A stretch of DNA of 64,000 bases from Macrostomum hystrix (GCA_950097015.1 CATNEN010000038.1:21886001-21950000), one strand, 5' to 3'. Counted from the first letter of the stretch, positions 52,401-63,106 are shown. The notes: generated from the letters alone by a model not told the origin. Program-made: numbers and translations.

Positions 52401-54346
52401 ATACCTGGAGGCATACACAATGGCACTTTTCTTACCTTCAAGGCAGCATAGTATGACTGCTTCCGTTTGTTATAATATTTTGTCCATTTAGGACAGACTG
52501 CACGAAAGCTTACCAGGTGATCCCGGAGTCCCATTGTGTTGATCACACTGAGCTTATTTGTAACTAGGTAGTCTGCACTGCAACCTTCTGAAGGCTTCTT
52601 TAAGCACTTAAGAATTCTTTAAGCACGCCAAAGCCTAGGCTTGTCAGGTTTAATTAAGCCTTAATTGAGCTTAAAAAGTTTAAATGTTTATTAGGCTAGT
52701 GAGCAAAGCATAATTTAAACTACAGATCGCACAAATAAGTAGTTTATTTACCTAGCCCCAGACTAAGTGGAGTCTGATTATCTAATTTTCTTGTACCAAG
52801 CCAGCAACATATGAATTCATTTTATAAGGTTAAATTTTACATCCTAAATTCAGTAATTGGAGTAGCTTAAGTATAGACACTAGGAATAAACTAAGTCTGG
52901 GCTCTGAGGCAGAGTTGGTTGAGGTAAAATTCAATTTATCAATGTGTTGCCTAGACTGCAACTGAGAGAGAGAGGACCGCCAATCAGTTTTTCGCACATT
53001 CTGACGTGCGGAGTTTTGGGCTGAGGAGGTGGGTCGGGTGGGTCTGATTTATTTAAGAAAAAAGGGCGCGCACTGACTGGGGCGGTGAGGAGGCGGTCTG
53101 CTGAAACTTTTTTGAATTTTTATTTATTAAAATTCGCACCTCTGCCTTGGCAGAGAGAGGAATGTGCTTACCAATAGAGCTGGCCTAGGGCTACCTCACT
53201 GTCCACAAATGGACTATTCTGTGTTCACCTTATTTTAAGTTCACTGAGTTCTCTTTACATTGTCAGAGTTTGGGAGTTTGATCCCCTCAACTTCATCCAG
53301 AGGAGAAATTCCGCCCATTTATAATAAAGCCAAGACTATTTTTATACAATAAGTGCACCTAGAATAATGTAATACAAATGTAATATACTTTAGTTACGCA
53401 TAAGACAATACACATACGCCTAGGCCTACAAAATCTTCTTGATAAAAGTTCTTGATAAAATAGGCCCCTGAACAAAGGGAGGGCTTAACCTTGGTTCTTC
53501 AGCCTGGTACAACACGACATGCTATTCTCCATTATCCTATCTCTCTCTCCCCTGTCTCAACTTTCCCGTCTCATCTCTTCTGTGTCTCCTGTCTCCCATG
53601 TCTCATCTCTCACGTGTCTCATCTGTCCCCTATCTCATCTCTCCCGTCTCTCATCTCTCGTGTCTCATCTCTCCCGTCTCATCTCTCCCGTGTCTCATCT
53701 CTCTCGTGTCTCATCTCTCCCGTGTCTCATCTCTCCCCTATCTCATCTCTCCCGTCTCTCATCTCTCTCGTGTCTCATCTCTTTCGTGTCTCATCTCTCC
53801 CTTGTCTCATCTCACTCGTGTCTCATCTCTCCCCCGTCTCATCTCTCCCCTGTCTCATCTCTTCACTCTCTCATCTTTTAATTAGACCCACTGTCGCATC
53901 CAGTATTTTCTCTCATTGGCCAGCAAGGCCTATATGTTCGATGACCTCTGTCATATTCTTTCAGACTGCGCTGCTGTTTTGTAGAACTGTAGCAAAATGT
54001 GCTCGCAACACTACTTAGTCAGTAGAACTAAAAGAATATCATTACTAACATCTCTTAGGAGGCGGTCAATGCCACCCTGCCACTATCGTTGGTGATGCTG
54101 CGGGCTATAGGCGACTTTCATCGCCGCACTGGCCGACGCGTTGGATTCAAACCAGCCGGCGGTATTCGCACAGCCGCCGATGCTCTAGACTACCTGCATC
54201 TGGTGCACTTCGCCTTAGGACCCGAGTGGCTGCAGCCCAGCCTGTTTCGCATCGGCGCCAGCTCGCTGCTAGCCGAAATTGAGAAGGCTGTTTTCCGCCT
54301 GACAATGGGTCGAGACGGTTGCGCCGCAGATCTGCCTATGGCTTGA
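46490..54346 (+). CDS. DERA: Deoxyribose-phosphate aldolase; exons 46490-47002, 47897-48073, 54059-54346; no genomic ATG at the 5' end
   Basis: AWLLKSATLIDLTTLAGDD, VATGFPSGQ, EVDIVINR, LKTIL, AGADFIKTSTGKE, VGFKPAGGIR and FRIGASSLL. Phase-0 introns; 325 codons. Confidence 0.95.
47085..47810. repeat. 30-bp intronic minisatellite (DERA intron 1)
   Basis: Unit aaacttcccagatcctcaggtaggttttct. Confidence 0.96.
48279..49390 (-). mobile_element. 5'-truncated RTE-like non-LTR retrotransposon (RT C-terminal half)
   Basis: AFDSV, GVLQGDTLAPFLF, GYADDLALL, FVYLG and LLYNAETWTL in an uninterrupted ORF (48327-49352); short 3' UTR and (TTG)n tail at about 48281-48297. Confidence 0.93.
50079..52620 (-). 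mobile_element. Spliced, partly decayed tyrosine-recombinase-like gene with C-terminal PWWP domain (Crypton-like element) antisense in DERA intron 2; exons about 52618-52436, 52054-51803, 51524-51445, 51165-51013, 50882-50079
   Basis: GT-AG exons encode LCFGNGNANSQDVVCNLTLDQV, KVTCTEFRIFVETK|ALLSGEDPQLVADRLYHTPKVARESY, an Ala/Thr repeat linker, and WQPGDLVFAYWPYKNESWRPAMVC...LHVQFFDDPPTRDWV (PWWP). One in-frame stop and a phase mismatch indicate decay. Confidence 0.6.
53565..53876. repeat. 16-18-bp pyrimidine-rich minisatellite near the 3' end of DERA intron 2
   Basis: Unit tctcatctctcccgtg and variants. Confidence 0.9.
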
Positions 54347-54696
54347 ATTGGGAGTTGGGGTGGGGAACTGCTAGGAGTTGAACTTTTCAAATTAGCTTGC
54401 TTCCATTGTACGAAGTTCTTATTAACAGCCATTCTAGATTTTGTTCTACTCTGATTGATTTTTAATGAAGGCCTGCAATATTTTTCTTTGATTTCGTCAA
54501 TACCTGCTTTTTGGAAATAGAAAATCAAGCTCGTTTTATGAAATTGATTCAGGTGTTTTAACTATTCTATTTTGGTTTTTGCTTTTTTCACTTTATATTA
54601 GCCACAAATATTTGCTACTCAGAGCACACAACAATAATTGTGCGAAATACTCGAAACAATAAGGGACATATTGGATTTTTACTCACAAGACACTTT

Positions 54697-55249
54697 AGTA
54701 GGTTGAGTAGTACTCAAGACACACCCAGAGACTGTTAAGTAGGTTGAGTAGTACTCAAGACACACCCCGAGACAGTTGAGTAGGTTGAGTAGTACTCAAG
54801 ACACACCCCGAGACAGTTGAGTAGGTTGAGTAGTACTCAAGACACACCCCGAGACAGTTGAGTAGGTTGAGTAGTACTCAAGACACACCCAGAGACAGTT
54901 AAACTGGTTGAGTAGTACTCAAGACACACCCAGAGACAGTTGAGCTGGTTGAGTAGTACTCAAGACACACCCAGAGACAGTTGAGCTGGTTGAGTAGTAC
55001 TCAAGACACACCCAGAGACAGTTGAGCTGGTTGAGTAGTACTCAAGACACACCCAGAGGCAGTTGAGCTCGTTGAGTAGTACTCAAGACACACCCAGAGA
55101 CAGTTAAACTGGTTGAGTAGTACTCAAGACACACCCAGAGACAGTTGAGCTGGTTGAGTAGTACTCAAGACACACCCAGAGGCAGTTGAGCTCGTTGAGT
55201 AGTACTCAAGACACACCCAGAGACAGTTGAGCTGGTTGAGTAGTACTCA
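54697..55249. repeat. 41-bp intergenic minisatellite (DERA-SEC61G)
   Basis: Unit gagtagtactcaagacacacccagagacagttgagctggtt, about 13 copies; dyad ttgagta-g-tactcaa. Confidence 0.97.
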
Positions 55250-55285
55250 GTGCTTAACAATCAAATGTTTCCAGCAGGCAAGCGC

Positions 55286-55492
55286 ATGGATCAGATTGTG
55301 AAGTTCGCGGATCCGCTTCGACAATTCTCCAAGGACTCGCTGCGCCTAGTGAAGCGGTGTACAAAGCCAGACTGGAAGGAGTTCAGAAAGATAGCCGCCG
55401 CCACAGCTGTCGGCTTCGCCATCATGGGCTTCATTGGCTTCTTTGTGAAGCTGATTCACATTCCAATCAACAATATCATTGTTGGATCGTGA
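55286..55492 (+). CDS. SEC61G: Protein transport protein Sec61 subunit gamma (68 aa, intronless)
   Basis: [68 protein letters not shown]; acceptor tttccag at 55274. Confidence 0.97.
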   Translation: MDQIVKFADPLRQFSKDSLRLVKRCTKPDWKEFRKIAAATAVGFAIMGFIGFFVKLIHIPINNIIVGS

Positions 55493-55854
55493 GACAATCA
55501 TATTAGTTTATGTCCTAGTAAATAGTTAAGCAACTCAATTCAGCAAAATATCCTATTTAATAGGTGTCTTGCTACAGTAAATAAGTTTGTTTTGTTAGCA
55601 TTAGTCATCGTGGTAGTTTGTATCGTTAGTTTTACATTTTACAGCTCTAGTCATCAATTTTTACCGCAGTCCGCGACCTATTTTTTCTAGTTTTTATAAT
55701 TATCGTTACACTAAATACATTTATCATTTCGTTTACACCATTATTACGATTCGGTCTATAGACTCAAATATATCAATCAATAACCTGCACTATCAAATGC
55801 TTTTTTAATGCGAAAATACTTTTTCGAGCATCATTTTTCTCATTATCTGGAATT

Positions 55855-57468
55855 ATCTTTCTCTACAGGATTAGCTCATCTATCTCTACAGGATTAGCCC
55901 ATCTATCTCTACAGGATTAGCCCATCTATCTCTACAGGATTAGCCCATCTATCTCTACAGGATTAGCCCATCTATCTCTACAGGATTAGTCCATCTATCT
56001 CTACAGGATTAGCCCATCTATCTCTACAGGATTAGTCCATCTATCTCTACAGGATTAGTCCATCTATCTCTACAGGATTAGCCCATCTATCTCTACAGGA
56101 TTAGTCCATCTATCTCTACAGGATTAGCCCATCTATCTCTACTGGATTAGCCCATCTATCTCTACAGGATTAGTCCATCTATCTCTACAGGATTAGCTCA
56201 TCTATCTCTACTGGATTAGCCCATCTATCTCTACAGGATTAGTCCATCTATCTCTACAGGATTAGCTCATCTATCTCTACAGGATTAGTCCATCTATCTC
56301 TACAGGATTAGTCCATCTATCTCTACAGGATTAGTCCATCTATCTCTACAGGATTAGTCCATCTATCTCTACAGGATTAGTCCATCTATCTCTACAGGAT
56401 TAGCCCATCTATCTCTACAGGATTAGCTCATCTATCTCTACTGGATTAGCCCATCTATCTCTACAGGATTAGTCCATCTATCTCTACAGGATTAGCTCAT
56501 CTATCTCTACAGGATTAGTCCATCTATCTCTACAGGATTAGTCCATCTATCTCTACAGGATTAGCCCATCTATCTCTACAGGATTAGTCCATCTATCTCT
56601 ACAGGATTAGTCCATCTATCTCTACAGGATTAGCCCATCTATCTCTACAGGATTAGCCCATCTATCTCTACAGGATTAGCCCATCTATCTCTACAGGATT
56701 AGCTCATCTATCTCTACAGGATTAGCTCATCTATCTCTACAGGATTAGTCCATCTATCTCTACAGGATTAGTCCATCTATCTCTACAGGATTAGTCCATC
56801 TATCTCTACAGGATTAGCCCATCTATCTCTACAGGATTAGTCCATCTATCTCTACAGGATTAGCCCATCTATCTCTACAGGATTAGCCCATCTATCTCTA
56901 CAGGATTAGCTCATCTATCTCTACAGGATTAGTCCATCTATCTCTACAGGATTAGTCCATCTATCTCTACAGGATTAGCTCATCTATCTCTACAGGATTA
57001 GTCCATCTATCTCTACAGGATTAGCCCATCTATCTCTACAGGATTAGCTCATCTATCTCTACAGGATTAGTCCATCTATCTCTACAGGATTAGTCCATCT
57101 ATCTCTACAGGATTAGTCCATCTATCTCTACAGGATTAGCCCATCTATCTCTACAGGATTAGCCCATCTATCTCTACAGGATTAGTCCATCTATCTCTAC
57201 AGGATTAGTCCATCTATCTCTACAGGATTAGCCCATCTATCTCTACAGGATTAGCCCATCTATCTCTACAGGATTAGCCCATCTATCTCTACAGGATTAG
57301 CCCATCTATCTCTACAGGATTAGTCCATCTATCTCTACAGGATTAGTCCATCTATCTCTACAGGATTAGTCCATCTATCTCTACAGGATTAGCCCATCTA
57401 TCTCTACAGGATTAGTCCATCTATCTCTACAGGATTAGCCCATCTATCTCTACAGGATTAGTCCATCT
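55855..57468. repeat. 23-bp intergenic minisatellite (about 70 copies; SEC61G-CHP)
   Basis: Unit tctacaggattag(cc/tc/ct)catctatc. Confidence 0.98.
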
Positions 57469-57594
57469 GGAATTATAATCTCAGCTTTTAAGGACAAATT
57501 TGGCAAGATAGCGCCTCTAGATACTACTAGAGGCAGAGCCCAGCAGCAGTAGTATCTATCCAACTATGCTAAATCCGCAGCATCAATAGTCGGC

Positions 57595-59392
57595 ATGGGC
57601 AGCTCCTATTCGCACTCTCCCCTAGCTGAGTACGACGTTGCCGCCATCGTTGCCAACACCGGCCTGTCGCATGCCAACATTCGTCAGCTGCATCGGCGCT
57701 ATCGCCACCTGTGCCTGCACCACGGCGGCCCGTCGTCCGCTTCGTCCACTGCGCCAAAAGCTCTGTCCAAGCGTCAGCTGCTGGCCGATCCGGAACTGAG
57801 TTCGAATCCGCTGGCTGAGCGCATTGTGGCCGCAATGTTTCCTCATTCGGTTGAGACGCTCACCTTTCCCGAATTCTGCGCCGCTGTGGCAGTTTTCCAG
57901 CCGGCAACGGACGCCGCCGGCCGGCTGGCTAAAGTACAATTCGTCTATCGCATGCTGGCCATTGAGGAGAACGATTATCTGACCGCATTTGAGCTCTGCT
58001 CAACTCTCCAGATGCTTGTTGGCAACCACTTGCCGTTGGAACAGGTAGAATAACACCTGTGCCAGCTTGTTTGTCGCTGCTCTGCTCACATGCCTCCGAC
58101 CCTGCAATCATCCCTACAACCCTGCACTCATCCCTACAACCCTGCACTCATCCCTACTACACTGCACTCATCCCTACAACCCTGCACCCATGCCTACGAC
58201 CCTGCATATATCCTTTTGACCCTGAGACGTACCTACGACCCTGTGCCCATTCCTTCCCTACAACCCTGCACCCATCCCTTCCTTTCGACCCTGCACCCAT
58301 ACCTTCCTTTCGACCCAGCACCCATCCCTTCCCTACGACCCTGCACCCATCCCTTCTTTTTGACCCTGCACCCATCCCTTCCCTGCGATCCTGCACCCAT
58401 CCCTTCCTTTCGACCCTGCACCCATACCTTCCTTTCGACCCAGCACCCATCCCTTCCCTACGACCCTGCACCCATCCCTTCCCTACGAACCTGCACCCAT
58501 CCCTTCTTTTCGACCTTTCATCCACCCCTTCCTTTTGACCCTGCACCCATCCCTTCCCTGCGACCCTGCACCCATCCCTACCTTTCGACCCTGCACCCAT
58601 CCCTACCTTTCGACCCTGCACCCATCCCTACCTTTCGACCCTGCACCCATCCCTTCTCTTCGACCTTGCACCCATCCCTTCTCTTCGACCCGGCACCCAT
58701 CCCTTCTTTTCGAAACTGCACCCATCCCTTCTCTTCGACCCTGCACCCATCCCTTCTGATCGACCCTGCACCCATCCCTTCTCTTCGACCCTGCACCCAC
58801 CCTACCTTTCGACCCTGCACCCATCCCTTCTCATCGACCCTGCACCCATCCTTTCTTTTCGAACCTGCACCCATTCCTTCCCTACGACCCTGCACCCGCC
58901 CCTTCGATCCGGAACCCGTGCCTTTAATCCATATTATAGCTTAACCTTCAATATCTGCTCCTATCCATACAACGAGCGGTCTAACGCGTTTGGCTCTCGC
59001 ACCAGAGGTCCACGAGCTCCATTCCGCGTAATTGGGCCACATAATTTGTGGCGCAGTTGCGGAGAGAAATTTGTGGCCTACCATTTACGCAATTTACGCC
59101 CTTGAGGGCCAACCTCCAAGGCACAGTGAGAGTATGCACTGCCTGACGATGAAAAAGCTGCGGGTCTAGTGTCACTAAATAATGTTACCATTCAACGCTC
59201 ATGTCGTTCCCGTCTTTATCCATTATTAAAGATAAAAATGCTCATTTAAACCGATGATGGCAGGTGCAATCAATCGCCTGCCGCGCCCTACAAGAAGTCG
59301 ACAAAGACAAACACAATCGCATCACGAATCAAGAGTTTGTTAACGCAATGGAGGGCCTTGACGTGGAACAGAAGATGTCTGTGCCGTTTTGA
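57595..59392 (+). CDS. Calcineurin B homologous protein (CHP)-like EF-hand protein; exons 57595-58044 and 59264-59392
   Basis: Myristoylation-type start MGSSYS, TGLSHANIRQLHRRYRHL, PELSSNPLAERIV, KVQFVYRM, LQMLVG, and C-terminus EFVNAMEGLDVEQKMSVPF (cf. CHP1 DVEQKMSIRF). Phase-0 intron. Confidence 0.88.
58097..58915. repeat. About 25-bp C-rich intronic minisatellite (CHP intron)
   Basis: Unit cgaccctgcacccatcccttccttt and variants. Confidence 0.93.
58972..59165 (+). mobile_element. tRNA-derived SINE, family A copy
   Basis: gagcggtctaacgcgtttggctctcgcacc ... gagggccaacctccaaggcacagtgagag. Confidence 0.7.
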
Positions 59393-59590
59393 GACCATTT
59401 TCTAAGTCTGTTTTTAATTTTCAAAGAACCATAGAATGATTTAGAAGTTAGCTTTCATTTAATTTAACACATTGAGGTGCTGTATTGTATGCTCAAATGC
59501 TCATTTGTAGCTTCGGCTGTCCGTTATTCTGGTTTGTTTTTATCTGTAAGTTTATCGACTAGTTCTACTAGGGATCAGAGTGAGTTAAGA

Positions 59591-61110
59591 CTGTGTACAC
59601 AGCTGTCACTTATCTCTCATGGGTCTGTGTACACAGCTGTCACTTATCTCTCATGGGTCTGTGTACACAGCTGTCACTTATCTCTCATGGGTCTGTGTAC
59701 ACAGCTGTCACTTATCTCTCATGGGTCTGTGTACACAGCTGTCACTTATCTCTCATGGGTCTGTGTACACAGCTGTCACTTATCTCTCATGGGTCTGTGT
59801 ACACAGCTGTCACTTATCTCTCATGGGTCTGTGTACACAGCTGTCACTTATCTCTCATGGGTCTGTGTACACAGCTGTCACTTATCTCTCATGGGTCTGT
59901 GTACACAGCTGTCACTTATCTCTCATGGGTCTGTGTACACAGCTGTCACTTATCTCTCATGGGTCTGTGTACACAGCTGTCACTTATCTCTCATGGGTCT
60001 GTGTACACAGCCGTCACTTATCTCTCATGGGTCTGTGTACACAGCCGTCACTTATCTCTCATGGGTCTGTGTACACAGCTGTCACTTATCTCTCATGGGT
60101 CTGTGTACACAGCTGTCACTTATCTCTCATGGGTCTGTGTACACAGCTGTCACTTATCTCTCATGGGTCTGTGTACACAGCCGTCACTTATCTCTCATGG
60201 GTCTGTGTACACAGCCGTCACTTATCTCTCATGGGTCTGTGTACACAGCTGTCACTTATCTCTCATGGGTCTGTGTACACAGCTGTCACTTATCTCTCAT
60301 GGGTCTGTGTACACAGCTGTCACTTATCTCTCATGGGTCTGTGTACACAGCTGTCACTTATCTCTCATGGGTCTGTGTACACAGCTGTCACTTATCTCTC
60401 ATGGGTCTGTGTACACAGCTGTCACTTATCTCTCATGGGTCTGTGTACACAGCTGTCACTTATCTCTCATGGGTCTGTGTACACAGCTGTCACTTATCTC
60501 TCATGGGTCTGTGTACACAGCTGTCACTTATCTCTCATGGGTCTGTGTACACAGCTGTCACTTATCTCTCATGGGTCTGTGTACACAGCTGTCACTTATC
60601 TCTCATGGGTCTGTGTACACAGCTGTCACTTATCTCTCATGGGTCTGTGTACACAGCTGTCACTTATCTCTCATGGGTCTGTGTACACAGCCGTCACTTA
60701 TCTCTCATGGGTCTGTGTACACAGCCGTCACTTATCTCTCATGGGTCTGTGTACACAGCTGTCACTTATCTCTCATGGGTCTGTGTACACAGCTGTCACT
60801 TATCTCTCATGGGTCTGTGTACACAGCTGTCACTTATCTCTCATGGGTCTGTGTACACAGCCGTCACTTATCTCTCATGGGTCTGTGTACACAGCCGTCA
60901 CTTATCTCTCATGGGTCTGTGTACACAGCTGTCACTTATCTCTCATGGGTCTGTGTACACAGCTGTCACTTATCTCTCATGGGTCTGTGTACACAGCTGT
61001 CACTTATCTCTCATGGGTCTGTGTACACAGCTGTCACTTATCTCTCATGGGTCTGTGTACACAGCTGTCACTTATCTCTCATGGGTCTGTGTACACAGCT
61101 GTCACTTCTC
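59591..61110. repeat. 34-bp minisatellite (about 45 copies) downstream of the CHP-like gene
   Basis: Unit ctgtgtacacagctgtcacttatctctcatgggt; contains the perfect palindrome ctgtgtacacag. Confidence 0.98.
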
Positions 61111-61524
61111 TCTTATTGAGTCTTTGTACACCCGATTCTGTTTCACGCGTAGTCTGTGTACACAGACGTACTTTTCCTTGCGCAGTGATACACTTGCACA
61201 AAATTTTAACTTCGGGCCCCTTTCCCGCTGCAGCTCATATCGCTTGGTAATTTTCCTTGTAGTTTTCTGCATTGCTTGCTTTTTATTAGCAATATTTGCA
61301 CAATAAATGTTTAAGTCCATGATTTAAAAAAGACAATTAGCTTTTTCTCCATCCAACGGCCTGTAACCTTTTGCTCCTTTAAAGTACATCCGCATTCAAT
61401 GCAATTTAGGACAATTATTTTTTGTTTGATTGTTCTGCTACGACTTATAAATCACGCAGCATATTTCTTGTTGGGATTAAATAAAAAATGATATTAGTTT
61501 ATTACACCTGCCCCAATTGGTCGA

Positions 61525-61740
61525 CCAGATCTGAAGGATGCCTACCACGTACAACTGTTCAGTCCATGGACTGGGGTGACGCCACACTCACCATTAATTA
61601 CTCCAATTGATTGTGGGTGTGAAGCTGCTTGTAGCACCCATTTAACAGCTGGTTGAACTAAAGAAATTCAAAGCTAAGTTTCTTGCTATAGGGCACAAGT
61701 TGTTTGAGTTGAATCAGGAATCGAACCCCCGACCTTCTTA
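61525..61740. mobile_element. Second interspersed repeat family (SINE-like); a related inverted fragment lies at about 27990-28045
   Basis: ctgttcagtccatggactggggtgacgccacactcacc matches the reverse complement of 28002-28039. B-box-like ggttcgattcc on the minus strand near 61718-61728. Confidence 0.55.
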
Positions 61741-62691
61741 AGGCTGAAACTTCCTTAAAATTTATATCCCCACGCAATATTTAATCTCGCTTATGATTAT
61801 GATCCTAGCAATCTCTCACTTTTTATTTTGTTTTATAATTCATTTTTTCGAACATCTGCAATTTTTGTTCTGCAGTTAACAAAGCTAGCTGTTATACAAT
61901 AGCTTTCATGTTCAAAATTAACTTTTATTTATTTATTTATACCTTAATACTATTGTCCCTTTTCTGGTTTAGAAATAAGTGTTTCTTCACAGTTGGTGTG
62001 TTGCACCGTTCTCGTTTGTGACACATTTCACTTAATTAAAGCGCAGAAATTTATTTTTGTTGTATTTGTCATCATTGTTAATTATTCTCTTATTAAAAAA
62101 AAACAAAAATGCACCATTAAATTTTTTTTATTTCACTTTTAATCGTAATTGGATTTTAATTTTCTATATTCAGTTTTTGGCCTTACTTCAGCAACTTTTA
62201 TTTTCTCGGAAAATGTTTCTTTAAATACGAGGGCTGTCCCAAAAGTAGTGTTACTTTTGATTATATATTTTGCTCTGATGGTTCAAATGACGTGATTTTA
62301 CACAGTCTTATAGCGCCAAGTCTCTTCTTTATATTAATTCAAATCTTTTTTTTCTAACAGACTAAGGAAAGAGAAGTTATCAACGGAAAACTAACAGGAC
62401 CTCAACCATAGACTTACAGTAAATCAAAAAGCTATCGGAATTCTACGAAAGACTGAGGACACACTCTTTCAACCAAAATTTCTCAATTTCTCAATCTGCG
62501 ACAAAGATATGTCTCTGGAAAAATCATAATGAAGTTATAATTTGAAAGTTGTCTCTGGAAAAGATGGAATGAAATCTTCATGTATCTCCCAGTTGCACTG
62601 GTGCAGTAGTCTATGTTCTAATGTTCTAATGCAAACATAATAGTCTATGTTTGCACCGGCACAGAGTGCAAATAAACGAGAACTTTATATT

Positions 62692-63106
62692 TTAAAATGA
62701 AATCGATTCAACATGAAATTGTAACCATTTAACAGTTGCACTTGTGCATGTCGATGTCCGTCCAGATGCACCACTGACGGCGATACACATGGCGCATTGT
62801 ATTGACGAAAAGAAATCCTTTAATGTCCCAGCGGAGTAGCGACCGTTGCGCTTTGTCCTCAGCTCAAGAATGAAACTTTTCATTAGAAAGTTCTAATCGG
62901 AGAACTTCGAGAACTAATCTGCGCCTTTCAGTACCATAAGCGAGGGTCCACCGTCGGAACACCAGAGCACTTTCTTCGCCGCATTTCTACTCTTGGAAAG
63001 TAGAAAACATCCAGCGACATTTCTTTAGCGTGTTTGTTGGAACCGTTCCTTCGATGAGTGAACTGACTTCTTCGTCAGTCAGATTGACAAATCTTTCGGT
63101 AGCCAT
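62692..63106 (-). pseudogene. Crypton-type (DUF3504-associated) tyrosine recombinase N-terminal remnant
   Basis: MATERFVNLTDEEVSSLIEGTVPTNTLKKCRWMF (ATG at 63106), then after a frame break SFILELRTKRNGRYSAGTLKDFFSSIQ. This pattern resembles CryptonA/ZMYM/QRICH1-related proteins from recall. Confidence 0.65.

Noticed and set aside
54697-55249. CRISPR-like appearance of palindromic 30-45-bp repeats (also 39500 and 59591)
   Set aside because: Head-to-tail units with no unique spacers, no cas genes, and a eukaryotic intron-containing context.
55250-55285. N-terminal extension of SEC61G in the ORF track
   Set aside because: It spans the acceptor region; the conserved protein starts at ATG 55286.
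55373-55375. Trp in SEC61G KPDWKEF, where animals usually have Arg
   Set aside because: A single transition at a position that varies in other eukaryotes; no basis for claiming editing or a code change.
59477-61306. 500-600-aa ORFs in all three plus frames
   Set aside because: Artefact of a stop-free 34-bp unit cycling through the frames.
62226-62260. tacgagggctgtcccaaaagt, a mariner-like terminus
   Set aside because: No matching second TIR or transposase identified in the window.
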